From assembly GCA_000165345.1 (NCBI GenBank), contig CM000433.1:672001-736000 (forward strand): 64,000 nucleotides of DNA. The letters run 5' to 3'. Shown one piece after another: positions 49,501 to 59,100 of the stretch. Positions within the stretch are counted from its first letter, which is position 1, and each line of letters opens with the position of its first letter. Under the pieces are notes generated by a model, which was not told where the DNA came from, did not search any database, and worked only from the letters and a program-made list of their open reading frames with translations. Position numbers and translations under genes: made by a program.

Positions 49501-51891
49501 TGAATCATCTGGACCAATCATCTTTGATATTCTGCTTGTCATATTTGCCAGTATTCCTCCTTTCCCTTGACCTTCTACTTTATCATCAGAATTTTTATGA
49601 ATTATATTATCAGCTATTCCAATATCCTTACTGATACTTTGATTAGTTATATTTGCATAAATTCCACTAATTCCTCCATTAATATTACCTGTATTAGAAG
49701 GATTATCATCAACATTGATTACATCTAGATCTTCCAAATCTGAATGACTCACTGGAACCATACACCTTAATCCAAGAATATGAATAAATAGAGTGTATAT
49801 CCTTGGCATTAAAAGTCCTCCTGATAATAAAACCAAAGCATATGGATCTCGAATAAAAGCTCTTGAAGATACTGCCTTCCAAGTTCCCCTAGGATATTCT
49901 CTATTTCCTAAAACATTAATATAAAGTACCCATGGACTTGCAAGATCCTCTTGAAGCCATTTTGAAAACCCATTAAATCTTGATTTTGAAAACGCAAGTA
50001 AATGTGGATCTTTCCATTGGTGTCTTCCTGCCCAAGTAATAAGTTCATCCGATATGTTATTAAAATCTGAACTTGATTCAAAGTTTGAATAAGCATTTAT
50101 ATATACTGGTGGAATACTTCCTTGAATGTTAATTCTTGTATTAATTGAAGAACCTGAAAGTTTATTATCCAAGAATGATGAATCTGGATTCAGAGTTGCA
50201 ACAACTGATGCAGTTTTATAATACCCATGACCATCTAAATCATTTGATTTGCTTTCAAGCTTGACTTTAACATGCTCAGCTCTAAAAACTGCTAATTCTG
50301 CAATTCTGACTGGCATAGTAACAACAATTGGTGTTCTACTATTAATATATATTGGAGCTCCTCTACTTTCTATAAACACATTCCTACGACCTGAATCTTG
50401 GAGATTTGGGAGATCTATAGAAGCCCAACCATCTGAAATTGTGAGTGAAATATTTGGTGAATATACATCTTTTAAATCAAAAGTCCCATGTAATGCTTCC
50501 AAGTGAAATAGTGATTTAGCCTTGATCGGAATCGATGACGAAACTCTCATATATGTTGAAGATGGCACAAACTTGACAGAAAGTTCGTCAAACTGGAAGT
50601 TATTTGCCAAGAAAAAGTTTATTGAACATTGAAAATAATCACCAGTATTAGTTTGGTGTAATTTTATTGATAAATTTGAATCATTATTAAAATTCCAAGG
50701 TCTAGGACTTGAATCACAGTATTCTTTATAATCCTTCCAAGAAATATTCTTTATATTATAATCACTATAAGTATCCCATGGAAGAATATATCTTTTCAAT
50801 ATCCAGAAGAAAGTTCCGTGAGAGCATATATATTCGAACTTATCTTTCTTCCTAGATGGTATACTGTACCTTCCAGAACTACCATAGTACATATGTGATT
50901 TGGAAAATAATCTCCAAGATCTAACTTTAATATAGCTCAGATCACTAGTTGAATTAAGGAATTGAATATGGCAATGTTTAACATCCAAAGTTACATTTAG
51001 TGGTCTATTTATTGAATTTTCAAAAATATCAGAGTCTTGTTTAATATTGAATAAAGGAAAAAGCTTCTTTAATAAGTTACTTTTACCTATTAATCCCATA
51101 TCATTGTTACCAGTTCTTGATACCACTGTTGGATTCTTTGATCTCAGTAATGAAGGAACTAATCCTTCAGTTTGTTCATTCTTTGACTCAAAAATACTTC
51201 CCAAAGGGTATAATGGAATAATATCATTAACAATATACTCATCTAGAAATATTGAAAAAGTATAAACCATTGAAATTAAAAAGAATATCCAAAGAAATAA
51301 AATTGGACGTACATTCAATTTTTGTAATGTGATTACTGGAATTCCAAAAGATACCGGAAATTCCCTTATTACTAAAAATTCGGAGCTTGGTAAACTTAGT
51401 ATTTCTCTCTTTTGAATACGTCTCGATTTTCCTCTGCTCTTTAATAACATCAATAATTCACGACTATTATCTTCATATATTTCGTCTTCAGAATCCAATT
51501 CTTCAGATTCTGTTTCGTCCTCACATTCTTCAAGGCCATCATCTAACTCATCATCAGAATTCTCTTCTGCTTCATTATAATCTCTTTCTTTCAGATCCCC
51601 TCCTTTTTGGTCAGCAGATAATCCATATTTATTAAATACCCTGCTTTCATAATTCTCACTATTCATTAACTTTCCATTTATCAGCTCCCTTTCCACATCT
51701 AAATAGTCACTATTAATAATTTGGTGAAATTTTGTGATAATACAATCATCATATTCTTCTTGCTCTAGAACATGATACTTTTCTGGTCTTACTGTTGCAC
51801 TTTCTATATATTCATCTGGGTACTTTTCATATTGTTCTAAAGCTCTTTCAGAATGAGGTCTTTGACAAATTCTAGAATCATAATCCACCAT
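37549..51891 (-). CDS. Giant multi-pass membrane protein of 4780 aa with EF-hand-like calcium-binding motifs. It is otherwise hypothetical.
   Basis: This is a single 14.3-kb ORF. Several hydrophobic segments are predicted: PILFLWIFFLISMVYTFSIFL, LNILCGILVAAAAMWVLYYYVFPWFL, FQFSILPVILNIMIYGFQISILSIFPVTCIILTLVY, LLVLFEEIGMFVTLFSMFLTLLAISMFLLWFLLGSLI, ILPYVVMLLALGFVIVSLW and, near the C-terminus, LIIMATSASLLLFCIFVGIAIKTF. EF-hand-like loops are FDMDEDGFLNREEF and DLMDLNQDKSLDLQELLDGF. There are Gly-rich and N/S-rich low-complexity tracts. Confidence 0.7.
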   Translation of the reverse strand: MVDYDSRICQRPHSERALEQYEKYPDEYIESATVRPEKYHVLEQEEYDDCIITKFHQIINSDYLDVERELINGKLMNSENYESRVFNKYGLSADQKGGDLKERDYNEAEENSDDELDDGLEECEDETESEELDSEDEIYEDNSRELLMLLKSRGKSRRIQKREILSLPSSEFLVIREFPVSFGIPVITLQKLNVRPILFLWIFFLISMVYTFSIFLDEYIVNDIIPLYPLGSIFESKNEQTEGLVPSLLRSKNPTVVSRTGNNDMGLIGKSNLLKKLFPLFNIKQDSDIFENSINRPLNVTLDVKHCHIQFLNSTSDLSYIKVRSWRLFSKSHMYYGSSGRYSIPSRKKDKFEYICSHGTFFWILKRYILPWDTYSDYNIKNISWKDYKEYCDSSPRPWNFNNDSNLSIKLHQTNTGDYFQCSINFFLANNFQFDELSVKFVPSSTYMRVSSSIPIKAKSLFHLEALHGTFDLKDVYSPNISLTISDGWASIDLPNLQDSGRRNVFIESRGAPIYINSRTPIVVTMPVRIAELAVFRAEHVKVKLESKSNDLDGHGYYKTASVVATLNPDSSFLDNKLSGSSINTRINIQGSIPPVYINAYSNFESSSDFNNISDELITWAGRHQWKDPHLLAFSKSRFNGFSKWLQEDLASPWVLYINVLGNREYPRGTWKAVSSRAFIRDPYALVLLSGGLLMPRIYTLFIHILGLRCMVPVSHSDLEDLDVINVDDNPSNTGNINGGISGIYANITNQSISKDIGIADNIIHKNSDDKVEGQGKGGILANMTSRISKMIGPDDSKSSNGEKNKQESKLSDLKKIFGIKNGPRLLSNNLHESIYIDENISEDYYINQDSNIHEDIANIKSISDVGNYMGKSSRIKACESSITENIFSVINTAIVGIAQQPSVIVWTQNDGEEIKAYNSGLGLGERNKVGIFDNLFLTTKWVMKKLKSQLKKVFKLFSSMISFLEGIIFPGWLIPGWSKLSKKILKSSMLADDDFESNPQVLSDNPYQTIEQYIFTAENDAILKDLVTANDLQGYIVSLSLNILCGILVAAAAMWVLYYYVFPWFLTGIREMQLVSTASHRLNHDFRTSEAAEWIVMVSTIQWPSFGLLLRWNQRQKRRDNEKLCIYIKQVENLSQYSGNNSNSYEEKVTNESGLSEFFLYIPANEASLTTHLGRNQQELFVPMKYNDKCIFEVTMPYELISDQKYRLRILRISSSGHIIEQSNWSNEIIPGNKMKFVDFPLLFLRRFLPKKRSSLNLFINKNTDHYSPFGIPFYFRDIEIIIFDVLGGKRKKRNSISQENIFDYGFEDNDDDDKNNLINDESNNMGVFGREEMTNSAHKMDGIVTDINGEQRFERSFSNQSINREARAPNYSSGIECGYSEVRGNKKYVLIARLVRDFPDEFVTSEISSGVSGGAGKISENYTSKGGAGEGRSAARFGSLHASSITEEEDDFSSLKSYTFKNKSFDTDKVRIEGCLENINLFGNYNENVNTVNGRELGGGNNVYILRNKINHNSKGESRRLSIGGFGRDEKVNNSCAVTSSLYLEQSLISQKRILFELQEADSGQVVANGDVKCSKLIEIAWKSLVNDSNNEDSFEGDLVAMHDDSDDVVHGRRIHSKMGYHSELQENDIIQVHDTISNDTVSINKFVDISVKLYYVEGGQWGELSMLLDRSFWVQYLRHDLSEEIIIDSNPLNNIESIDIEMVKKKSDENSGRLIYNHSANSIINRQKTGGAALNNDPVNLEKNKETPNSSNSALNSNKPRFTNDIPGKIIINGSDTQLTWIWRELKKDSSSYIPKKLHLHIFDHYTDTHLTSLHGDKSIPNTGTFAWSVDVPFISQRSSSRDVYLVMAVSKDDIPSNVTIQGKIFVPKGSVTHDNSGYFLAGSGTGTGTGAGRRSSLGNKQIIVAVSNSFKVIRLTTLSEFELLYATFCRTFGLEMEVVTYNDLNKYGFLVSPSSLRVCENIRKPIPTETHQRGTYCPGQFMISAKALAITTGSRYILRGEDKELDNCIFLKSQRKSIDIIENCTLNYSTYWWSSSPDRFLLKNGIILDTSIFLPLTIKVVSYFKIDSIMLFLRSISISKMVNSICSFSSNLKCLFCFNKEDYNSIQKNEDAKTINISSGLLVHSNYSTVFRRKSTWRSSKFRSWKAILSLIYTTKESSKQQKLKDRERKSISKSKQRWSKALMSLKIAQLKRSSTNLIRNLKNSVSNNQVIDGSIHSMRNSNCEYTELTTISNWNKVGETEHLGSTQLDDEGNLRQKSGTEIIDSDIINGVNNEKLDRISGYNIGYGGILVPIYIAKIKQRQELIHEIWYSFQFSILPVILNIMIYGFQISILSIFPVTCIILTLVYNYLSTLSISNPHSHISSNYFSDIVYNPTWDFFMSLPFPIPYLLILSVLHLIIIHTTFIASSSSPSSYNKRQEENNEDSEITGKGLIWRWRRNLRYYWIKLLVLFEEIGMFVTLFSMFLTLLAISMFLLWFLLGSLINSDNILPYVVMLLALGFVIVSLWNNFSSSRGIVDRFIAENLQSLISIALGHWFEATNQTFTSNSNSADPNDLRAAVSEQLHCEISNHKYLWAKAILNNVGKQQISRDKSGIEGSLGVNSNNKQALKDFLDGSMELKHSTRIKSYGSKLPISDYCSLYCSKWEYLKILPVAPKSLFGINSKGEIIGVQETLRMYYGMKLATVKDVISENDKVDGLLEGFDVALLQDGVKYGPRFGYKVEDFLQLETWYKCAIVKVPIFPPSESLSDEAKVKLIFDFFDMDEDGFLNREEFLYWVINLHYDRFLFNGLNTKYQDIIDYFNSICNTNVDDQQGFSVEDIIILYSLYPGNLDSDYEKVIPIRGGTSENEGEMIMSQAHDQFIIDRGVIDDKGAQENGGIDEEEYDDEFSEDIFNASSCHTIKTGFKPMIDQKGYLWIDLLSSSFENSKKNTGNHFHFGKVVNDSDIGVITGDLNNLKLCSLNHYGRSSSSTFEGVGDSFGGFSIRGKSSNNISNNIRGGVGNSSKHTKFQLLREMNVQKLKYIFTFATRNLRTPDIDTALRDIHSLAYKVFDAQVALLIPIFGRRNVLTFGNSHSLSNDDLDIINDGNIISNSTFHDEYSFSGSLSMFEKQGNNLNIIGRTGSSNRNFKTSSSTWLLNQSNSNLNNGSSSSFINAASSSSMIANPAGGGGGGIGGTTTNINGNGLKDNGIGGDSACIKSMTSQNKNSDNDTTKFLQLMRILHNEIRQDIWILFNHIIGRLFDKSRVKKGADHFLDIVYPKLIRRKAARIVNIFYGPSLNELSLSIHEYFVSAPPKTAAQVVDALKEYRVENQRNVKDTLEIISLSQGNASLQFQVSLITKALYALSVLKDTDVDMLTVDIPWKRSHSLITEEVLILPRNHQGMKVILGAIQTVLRRANSITSSRSGGVLVSDFSNSNQNISSVGKNQKNNANIIHQREVKTSVEVFHSALVDSKMSEINGILIGGGATGNGEGDGGAGGVTNSSSSNNTIEFSETTLEQVIQVIVSKYLWMDAFIFLIRLCGINLSTDRLPSVTYDNSVSLTNLNYIEERNLQHVKSVFTKLSNGSGFLPVELSDLALQTLTERCLNFSGLLVSMHFLGLISNNMLLMGSGNPLERLSELGLGPNINVFHIHKSTNFDNIISNSINGGIIGGQGSLLSNQSNIFGTAMNDKVHGRGGDLGIGNLDDIGFSLQGLAGGGERGDLPFSGTTLGGGVTILEDGFLNKMIPERSSNYGELLDWTLLSNVKGIPEDVVKDFHKIAVLRCGFIGRSQLHEYIKDHKRLYIHKTTDLSYLESVNKSSGGQKGSNKGEIEQGKLLLFSRSQSNNFNQLNNNNIQDTNEDEGVTSNNKKMINKNQDDYFEKMTGSSNKMVDFNISFDIFDTTLTTLGFSSHKLQSYILWLLLCLNLNMGTVRPFVNASLARDFIIMVYLQPIYKNNGEEEYLSGRRMSNVGCNNPNNSTNNNVNKGSNSNENSVNNTTYGGTGLFRGVGMTISGSNLISGTFKSSLYEVTNQNKQHFDAQDVHSYRGYFTHEMLRRFLALAKITIPNSGVESIWKSLPKDPLNITSFIVPYRDYGKNMEREAEEDEQMNSRGVLEDGMNKYLRARGNRKGEEHYMYEDEDYERDEYNSEQQLMNRGGGLIGIHNKGFEHYEAFGEGIAEKDKIGGESKYKLKPGYQIEGELGSSSKKKFSKRMSIGGRFRRDKKIGNNLMNQFEDSMENMESYIRKSKIRNNLKESVHLRILMDPTGMDPMEGVVINIDSVRRLLPKKLMTGLWPEAIKVVLNIGLHLEKPESSIIEATSKCLEYSNRYGLIRPGDMVSILAALSKEGLSFDLLCELLNNMRIQLPVREVKRMFDLMDLNQDKSLDLQELLDGFEVLFGLFLPQLVHDHVGLSYERQGLIIMATSASLLLFCIFVGIAIKTFEGMRNELSTAVQSVLAIVGAVGLQTGASQDSKEIEERMKERIEDIMGGDIETSMSQIELGEDSQYSSNSENILVLREKKSSSRIISKNKNYNKGGGTGGTPNGLIIITEKGPILKIGYSLPSKFRSDVNDPRPCITFYSQDQVNLEPIFYCSKGIINQQHNIFIEDDVSKRWCIKPALPKYTGLTFSTETGIISGTIPAHTQNKIGYIRRVSSTLENDERHSSLIRNSIINMNEGANQTMNNSNSSDINTGMNKSQKKLLNNIKNLSNESDNNLGSLGKAGGGTGIEIDMIAKELLKNNNNREDLVMPYGGQLVQMNRKTFTIYCIISELDEKVVFKTRVTFQIVPRTRTQKS

Positions 51892-53105
51892 TTCTTCTGT
51901 ATTTTAGTATTTTCTTGCTTTTAATTGTTTTTATACCCAAATCTTAAGTTCCCTATTTCATTTTACTTTGGTATTTAATTATATTCTTAGAGGCTCAGAG
52001 CCATTTCCTTAAAAGTATATTTGACTTTTTGGTCAAAAGATTGAAATACTCAATTTCCACTGTTTTAATCCTTTAAATAAATATTTTTATTTTAAATTGC
52101 ATGTATTCAATTTCTATTTTTAATTTATTGATTTCTCCGCTTTTTTCTCCCCTCTCATCCCCACCCCCTACATGCTTTTTTTTACGTTTGCCAAAAAAAG
52201 CTTTTTCACTAGATAAAATATAACTTTCACTATTTTTCTCCTTAATTAAATTTCACTCACTATTTTGTTTTATACTTCTAAATCCCAACTTATTACAAAA
52301 TATGAAAATAAGAATTAGATTTTTTAAAAAAACAAAAAAATGAATTTCCCCACACATATGGAAATAATTATTAAAAAATCGCAACCAATTATTCTAAATA
52401 AATTGGCAGCTGCTATGCATGCACACATTTCTAATTCAATATATACAAGCGCATGCAAATTCAGACTTACATATTAGGTAATTACAATTGACATTTCTAT
52501 AAGAAAAGATTGTATTATGAGGAAAAAAAGACTTACAATACTATGATTTCACTGCTTTATCTGACAATTTAAAAAAAATTCGAAACACAATCTATATTAT
52601 CACACATTATAATTCACCTTGTAACAATAATTAATACATTCTTTCCTATTCCCTTTTTAATTTCCCTTTCATAAATAATCTTACGTGTCCGCATGCGATA
52701 TTAAAGAGGCGGGTACGGTTTATGACATTGCATGCATCCACAAACATGCAAAATAATTAGAGAAAAAAAATTGGTGGGTTGAGTAAAAAAAAAGGGAAAA
52801 TTTTGATAATAACAAAAACAAGTAAATATTTTCTACAATCCCAAAGAGTTATCTATCGTTTTTTTTCGCACAGAATATGTAATATTAAATGAAATGTCAA
52901 TCTATTAAGATTTTGGAGTTGAATTTCAGGATTAGTATTCTCTCCACAAATCTTGAAGTAGGAGTTTTCCCATAATACAATTTGAGAATACCTGATTTCC
53001 TTTCAAGATATTAATGGAATCTTCGATATGAATACGCCTTATGGTATATAAGTAAACTGGCATCAGATTTTCTCGTTAATGAAATCTCTATTTGAATTCT
53101 ATATA

Positions 53106-56100
53106 TCAACAGAATAGACCAATTGAATCAACAAAACTGTCAATATTTTGGCTAAATAATTTATCTCCAACAGTCTCGCAAGGAAAATCTTGAACAAGAT
53201 TTGAAGGAGCTAGTATATAAGCTGAAAATGGAGACATATTGAGAAAAACTGTTTGCTTGAGAGATTTTGTATTGACAAATCTATATGGAGATTCGTGTTG
53301 GAAATTGTTTGGAAATTTATTATTAACAATAGAATTAATATTTGAAGGCTCTGAGTTAGGGCTAAAAATCTTGAATCCTTGCTCAGATTTGATAGAAGTG
53401 GAACAAAAGCTGCCCGTGATATGATATTTTTTGTCTCCTCCAAATCTCTCATCTTGTGTGTCAATTATTAGACTCTGGGGAAGTTCACTTGAAATCCCAA
53501 ATCCATAATCGTTGTAATACTTTTCGCTGAAATTGAAAACAAAAACACAATTATTTCTCTCAATTACCATAACTTTATCCAATTCGTGGCACAATACTAC
53601 ATTAATATTAGATGATGAATTATACAAACTATCAGTTGTTAAGATCTTTAATGAATCTTTTGAATGCTTACCAAGGCTTTTTGCTCTAGAATAGATGTTT
53701 TGAATAGACTTTGAGCCTTCTTTTCCATTGCTTTGGGGGGTTGAGTCCAAATAAATGACAGATTCATTATCTACTGGGCTTGTATTATCCCCTGAGCTCT
53801 CTTCCAATTTTTTAATAATTGCTTCTTTCTTCGCTAAAACCCTCTTAGAAAATGTTGAAGCTGGGGAAATCTCTGAAGGTATTAATGAAGTAGAGGTTCC
53901 TTTAGTTAAAGGTGAAATTGATTTGGAGTAACAAGCTGAAGTAAGCCCATTCTTACCTAACTCTCCCTCACTACCACATGTTAACGGTGAAAGATAATTA
54001 TAATTGACTCCATAATCCTGAATGTTATTCTTGGCTATCCAGCTTAAAAATTTCTCAAGACGAATCAATAGAGTATTAAAGAATTCTAAATGCTTGAATT
54101 TCAAGTTCTTGTTATCTGCCAAATCCCATTTACAACACATTTTGCTATTATCCATGTTATTATTTGGTCTAGGAAGATCAAAAGAATCAGGATTTCCAAA
54201 TTCGGAGCCCATACTTTGAAAGACACCATTTTTTGCGAAAGCCATGGTTGTTAATATAAGTAGCTTTAACTGTTTAAGAGCAAAAACCGACTTGTCAAAA
54301 CCGTCAAATACCATCATATGATGATGAAGAGCATTTTCTCCAAAGGCTTGAAGAATGATGGGTGAATTTGGCTTAAGTATTAAGCTTGGAGTAACATCCA
54401 AAACATTGCACTGTTCAAAATACAAGAAACTAGTTGCTCGTGCAATTGAGTCCCATGAAAATGAATAAGCTGCTTTTACTCTACCTCTGGACCCCATCCA
54501 TCTAGAATGATCAAAGTTTTTCAATATCTCACAGCAACCCCAAGCAATGCTATCCTTACATGGCTCAACCAAGTACCCATCTACGTTCGGAGTTAAGAAA
54601 TCCCTTGGGCCGCCACTAGTAGTAGCAACAACAGGCTTTCCAGCTGTCCATCCTTCCAATACAACAATTCCAAATGGTTCATTTCTTGATGGTACTACTA
54701 CTGCGTCACAAGCCTTGTAAAGTCTGATTACATCATCTCCTGATTTCTTTCCAACAAATCTGATGGAATTGTAAATACCTAACTGATGAGATCTACGCAC
54801 AATCTCATCTTTTTGGTGTCCATCTCCAACTATGATAAATTTCGTATCATTACGATATTTCAAAATGCCAGGTACTGCTTCAATAAGTAAGTCAACTCCT
54901 TTTTGGAGAGCCATTCTTGCAACGCAAAGAAATGTTGGTTCCAAAGGTCCTATGCCGTATTGCCTTTTAACTTCGCCAGCATCATCCATTGCTACACTAT
55001 CAAAGGTCTTGCAATTAATTCCATTAAAAATTACTTTAATTTTGTTTCTATTTATTCCAAATAGTCTACATACTTCCTCTGCAAACACTCCACTTACACA
55101 AATTAGTCGGTCTGCAGTATGGGAGCCTTCTCTCTCTATATCAGAAATTCTACCGCTCTGTCCTCCATATGACTGATTTCCACATCTGCCGTATTCAGTA
55201 GAATGCAATGTTAGGATAGTAGTCCTATTATTATTTCCAATTCTTCTTAAACTTGTTAATACAGGAGCAGCTAACCAATCATGGCAATGACAAATATTGA
55301 ATCGATACCCATTCTTTACATTATTAAGCATTGGATGATCAGGTACCTTTGTTAGCCCATCTTCCCATCTCTGCATATAATATACAAACGAATTACACAT
55401 ATTTATAATTTCAGTAACAAAATCAGAATTCAACTGGAAAGGGCATTCATGGTATAATACTCCATCGTGAACTTTGATTATATATGCTGATGTAGTTGCC
55501 CTTGTGAATAGATGAACCTCGTGGCCAAGTCTTACAAGGCTTGCAGACAACTGTGAAACATGAGGTGAAACCCCACCAACTGAGTGAGTATAAAGACTTT
55601 CCCAACTGAACATTGCAATTCTGAGAGGATTCTGTGTCACCGTCTTCATCTCCAGAGATTCTATCCCATATAAGTTTCTGGAAACAAACTCAACTGTATG
55701 CAAATCAGATTCTCCCATATCCGAGTAACTATTATTATTGCCATTATCATTATCTCCTCTACTGGATATGTTTTGCTTCTCTCTGTTTTTGTATAAAATC
55801 CGAATCTTCTTATTGGAATTCCTCATTTTATCCTCATGGGGAAGCAACTCGTCAATTATATCTTTTTTAATATTTAAACTGGATGGGCTTTTAAGGATGA
55901 TGTCTTGCAAGGAGCTACAAATTGAAGTATTCCAAATATAGTCAAAGCCCATACCTCCATATTCCAAAGGTACTGCAAGCTCTGAACAAGCCTTGTCTTT
56001 GTTTTCTCTTAAGAGAAGCTCATTTGCTATTGTAATAGCAAATGGCTTAATTGTGTGGATTGTATCATTAATCAAAGCCAACACTGAGGAGATATAGGAG

Positions 56101-59100
56101 TATTTTTCTTGTTCTTCTGATAGATCTGGAACAGTGAATCTGAAGCCATCAATACCAAGATGAGTCAATAAATAGTGGAGAGAAGAGAATATTTGAGCTA
56201 ACATTGGAATGTAACCCAGATTGAGGCGACTGTAACTTTTATTGTAAGCAAATAGAGGTGAAATTACATCTGGAGTATGTTTGAAAAAGCTTGGATTGAA
56301 TGTATTCAAATTAGTAAGCATAAATGACTCATACAGATCAACAACAGAGTCATCCAAAAATAACTCATCAATTCTAACTATATTAGTACCAGAATTACCA
56401 TTTCCAAATATAAATGATCCCTCTCTGCTCATATTTCCGTTGCTTGCTTCGCTTCCTGAGCACATATTTATCTCATCAATGTCTATAATGTCTTGTAGAT
56501 TGCTCAAATTGTTGTTAACCTCCCTATCACATGGCTGAAGCATTGAGTTAGAATTAGTAATATCTGCAAATGTTAAGTTAAAGTCGACTATCACGGCAAT
56601 TCCTCTTGAATGGCAGTCATCCATTAAGTCCTTAAACTCTTCCAAGGTACCGTATTTGCTATAAGGAGTGAAATAATTGAATGGATACTGACTGTTGCTA
56701 AATGACTGATAATGCTCTAGTAAACCAGTCAACAGTAAACAATTATATCCTCCTCGAGATATCCTTGGTAGAACCTTTTCTTTAAAGCTTGCAAAAGTTC
56801 CAAATTCTCCCTTGGAAGAAAATGCAATATTTGCTTCATATATATACAAAGGTGATTGCCTAAAATTTGTCACAAGTCCTTTGACAATACTTGTAACTGG
56901 TATCTGATATTCCTTTCCATTTGAATCAAAGATATTATCTTTATTTTGCTTTAAATTTCCACCTAACCTTGGCTTTAAAACACATCTTGGAAGAGGGTAC
57001 TTGAGATCTCTATTTCTCAGGCCATCGTGCTCTTTTTGGCTTTCCAAGTAAAAATTACAATTCATTAAAGCATTCTCAGTACTATCTTTGATTCCTGAAG
57101 TAGTCAAAGATCTTGAATAAGAAAGTAATCTGTAAGTCTCCAGTTCTTGAGAAGAAACTGCTCCCATACTATTGTTGACTTCTGCCATATGACCTTCTGT
57201 GAATCCATCAGCCTTAGAAGTAACAATCCTAATTTTGAATGAAATAGAATTAGCTTTGGGACTACAACTTAAAAAACTTTCTAGCTTATTTTCATCCAAA
57301 ATTATTGAATACACCCTACTCTTCATAAAATGTGGAATTGAAGGGTAATTTTCATATATCTCTTGGTTCATTGAACAAATATTTTCTGTTTCAAGTTGCA
57401 TTGGGTGAGAAGTCTTATTCCAATCATTAAAATCGCCAACTAAGTAAATATTCATGGTTCTTAAGCCTCCCTTAATACTTCTTCTTCTTCTATTAAGTCC
57501 ATAGCAAAATACCTGGTCTGTAAGTTCATCCCCTATAAACTCCCTAATTAACCAAGCCCTATTGCCATTTCCCAATTCTGACTTCCTTTTCAGCTCTACT
57601 ACGCCCATACTCTTGTAAACTTCACAAAATTTTGTGAACCCTTCCCTACACCAAATCCTCTCATTCTCCATAGTTTTCTCATCCTTATCGGTATTTGTTT
57701 GTGCATGCGCATGTAATAAAGCAAAGCATTGCATGCAATTCCTATCAGAACATGTGGCGCCGCCCCACACTGACTTTGCCAACTTGGCCTTGAGCGTGTG
57801 CGTGTCGAACATCATTTCTCTGCACTCATAAAACTCTTCTTCCTTGACAGATTCCTGAATGACAGGTATTTCTTGGTTGTCTGTCAACTTTTCATTCTGG
57901 TTATTGTTACTATTAATTGTTGAGTTCGAGTACAATAAATTTTTCTTTCTAATATTCGATATTGCAACAGAGTCAGAAGCGCCAACTACCGCAGACTCCC
58001 AAAATCTTAAATTTGACCATTCTGAAACCAAAAGAGGATCTTCTTCAAATCCAATCACTTCTTCATCCTCAAATATCTCGATATCATCGATCACTTCCAA
58101 TTCTTTATTCTCATCTAGTCCCTCAAGAGTTGAACCTTTCTTTGATAGAGTTAAGTTCTCCGTGCTTGAATTAATAGAGGTTGTTACTGAGTCCAGGTCC
58201 GTGGATGAAAACCCATTTGCTGAGTCAACCAATTTGCAAGAGTCTGTTGAATAGTAATTCAATGTTGTAGCTATCGTTGATTTGCCATCCAAGTTTTCCC
58301 CTCCCATCATATTTTCTTTAATCTCTAGGTCTCTCTCAGAGTCTTCTGTTCTGAAAATGTTTAAATCCTCAAAATTCTCTAGTGAATTATAAATCAACTT
58401 CTGTGTCATAAACTCTGTTCTAGCTTCTCCAAGAGCCAAATCTTTTAAGGTTGAAATGTAACTGCTCCAATTATATGTACTCGTTACCATTGCATAATCT
58501 GTTGGATTCGTAAATATGTGAATCATATAAGCATCTTTCTTAGAGTTTGATAATGATAATTTCTTCAATTCATCCTCAAATCTTGCTTGTCCATCCAATC
58601 TATTCTCAATGCTAAAACTAAAAACAGTTAGGAATGATTCTTCCATCTTATTCAACCGAAAATCTTCATATAAAGTCTCAACATTATTTATAAGCTCTGA
58701 AATATTGCTAACTTCACTAAATTTCACCATAAAAGCTAAAGAAGACAAATCAAAACTTCGAATCTTCTCATTACTTTCTTTCAAAAATGTATTGCAAAAT
58801 GCCAATCCCAGGTTATTTCGTGAATTCTCTATATCTCTTCTCCTCTTTAAGGTTGTCATCATCCACTTTTCATTGCTAATTTCGCTCTTATTTCCTCCAT
58901 TCATATTCAAAATCGAGTTTGAGTGAGAAAAGTAATTCTGTAAAATCTCTCTCTCATTCTTGTCCACAATTACTTCAAACATCTTATTTCTAAAAACACC
59001 ATCACTATAATTAAAAAATTCAAGCATACATAGATTTCTTGGATCCTTATTATCTTCCAAAACCATCCAATAACTCCCTTTTACCATTCTTGAAAATTCA

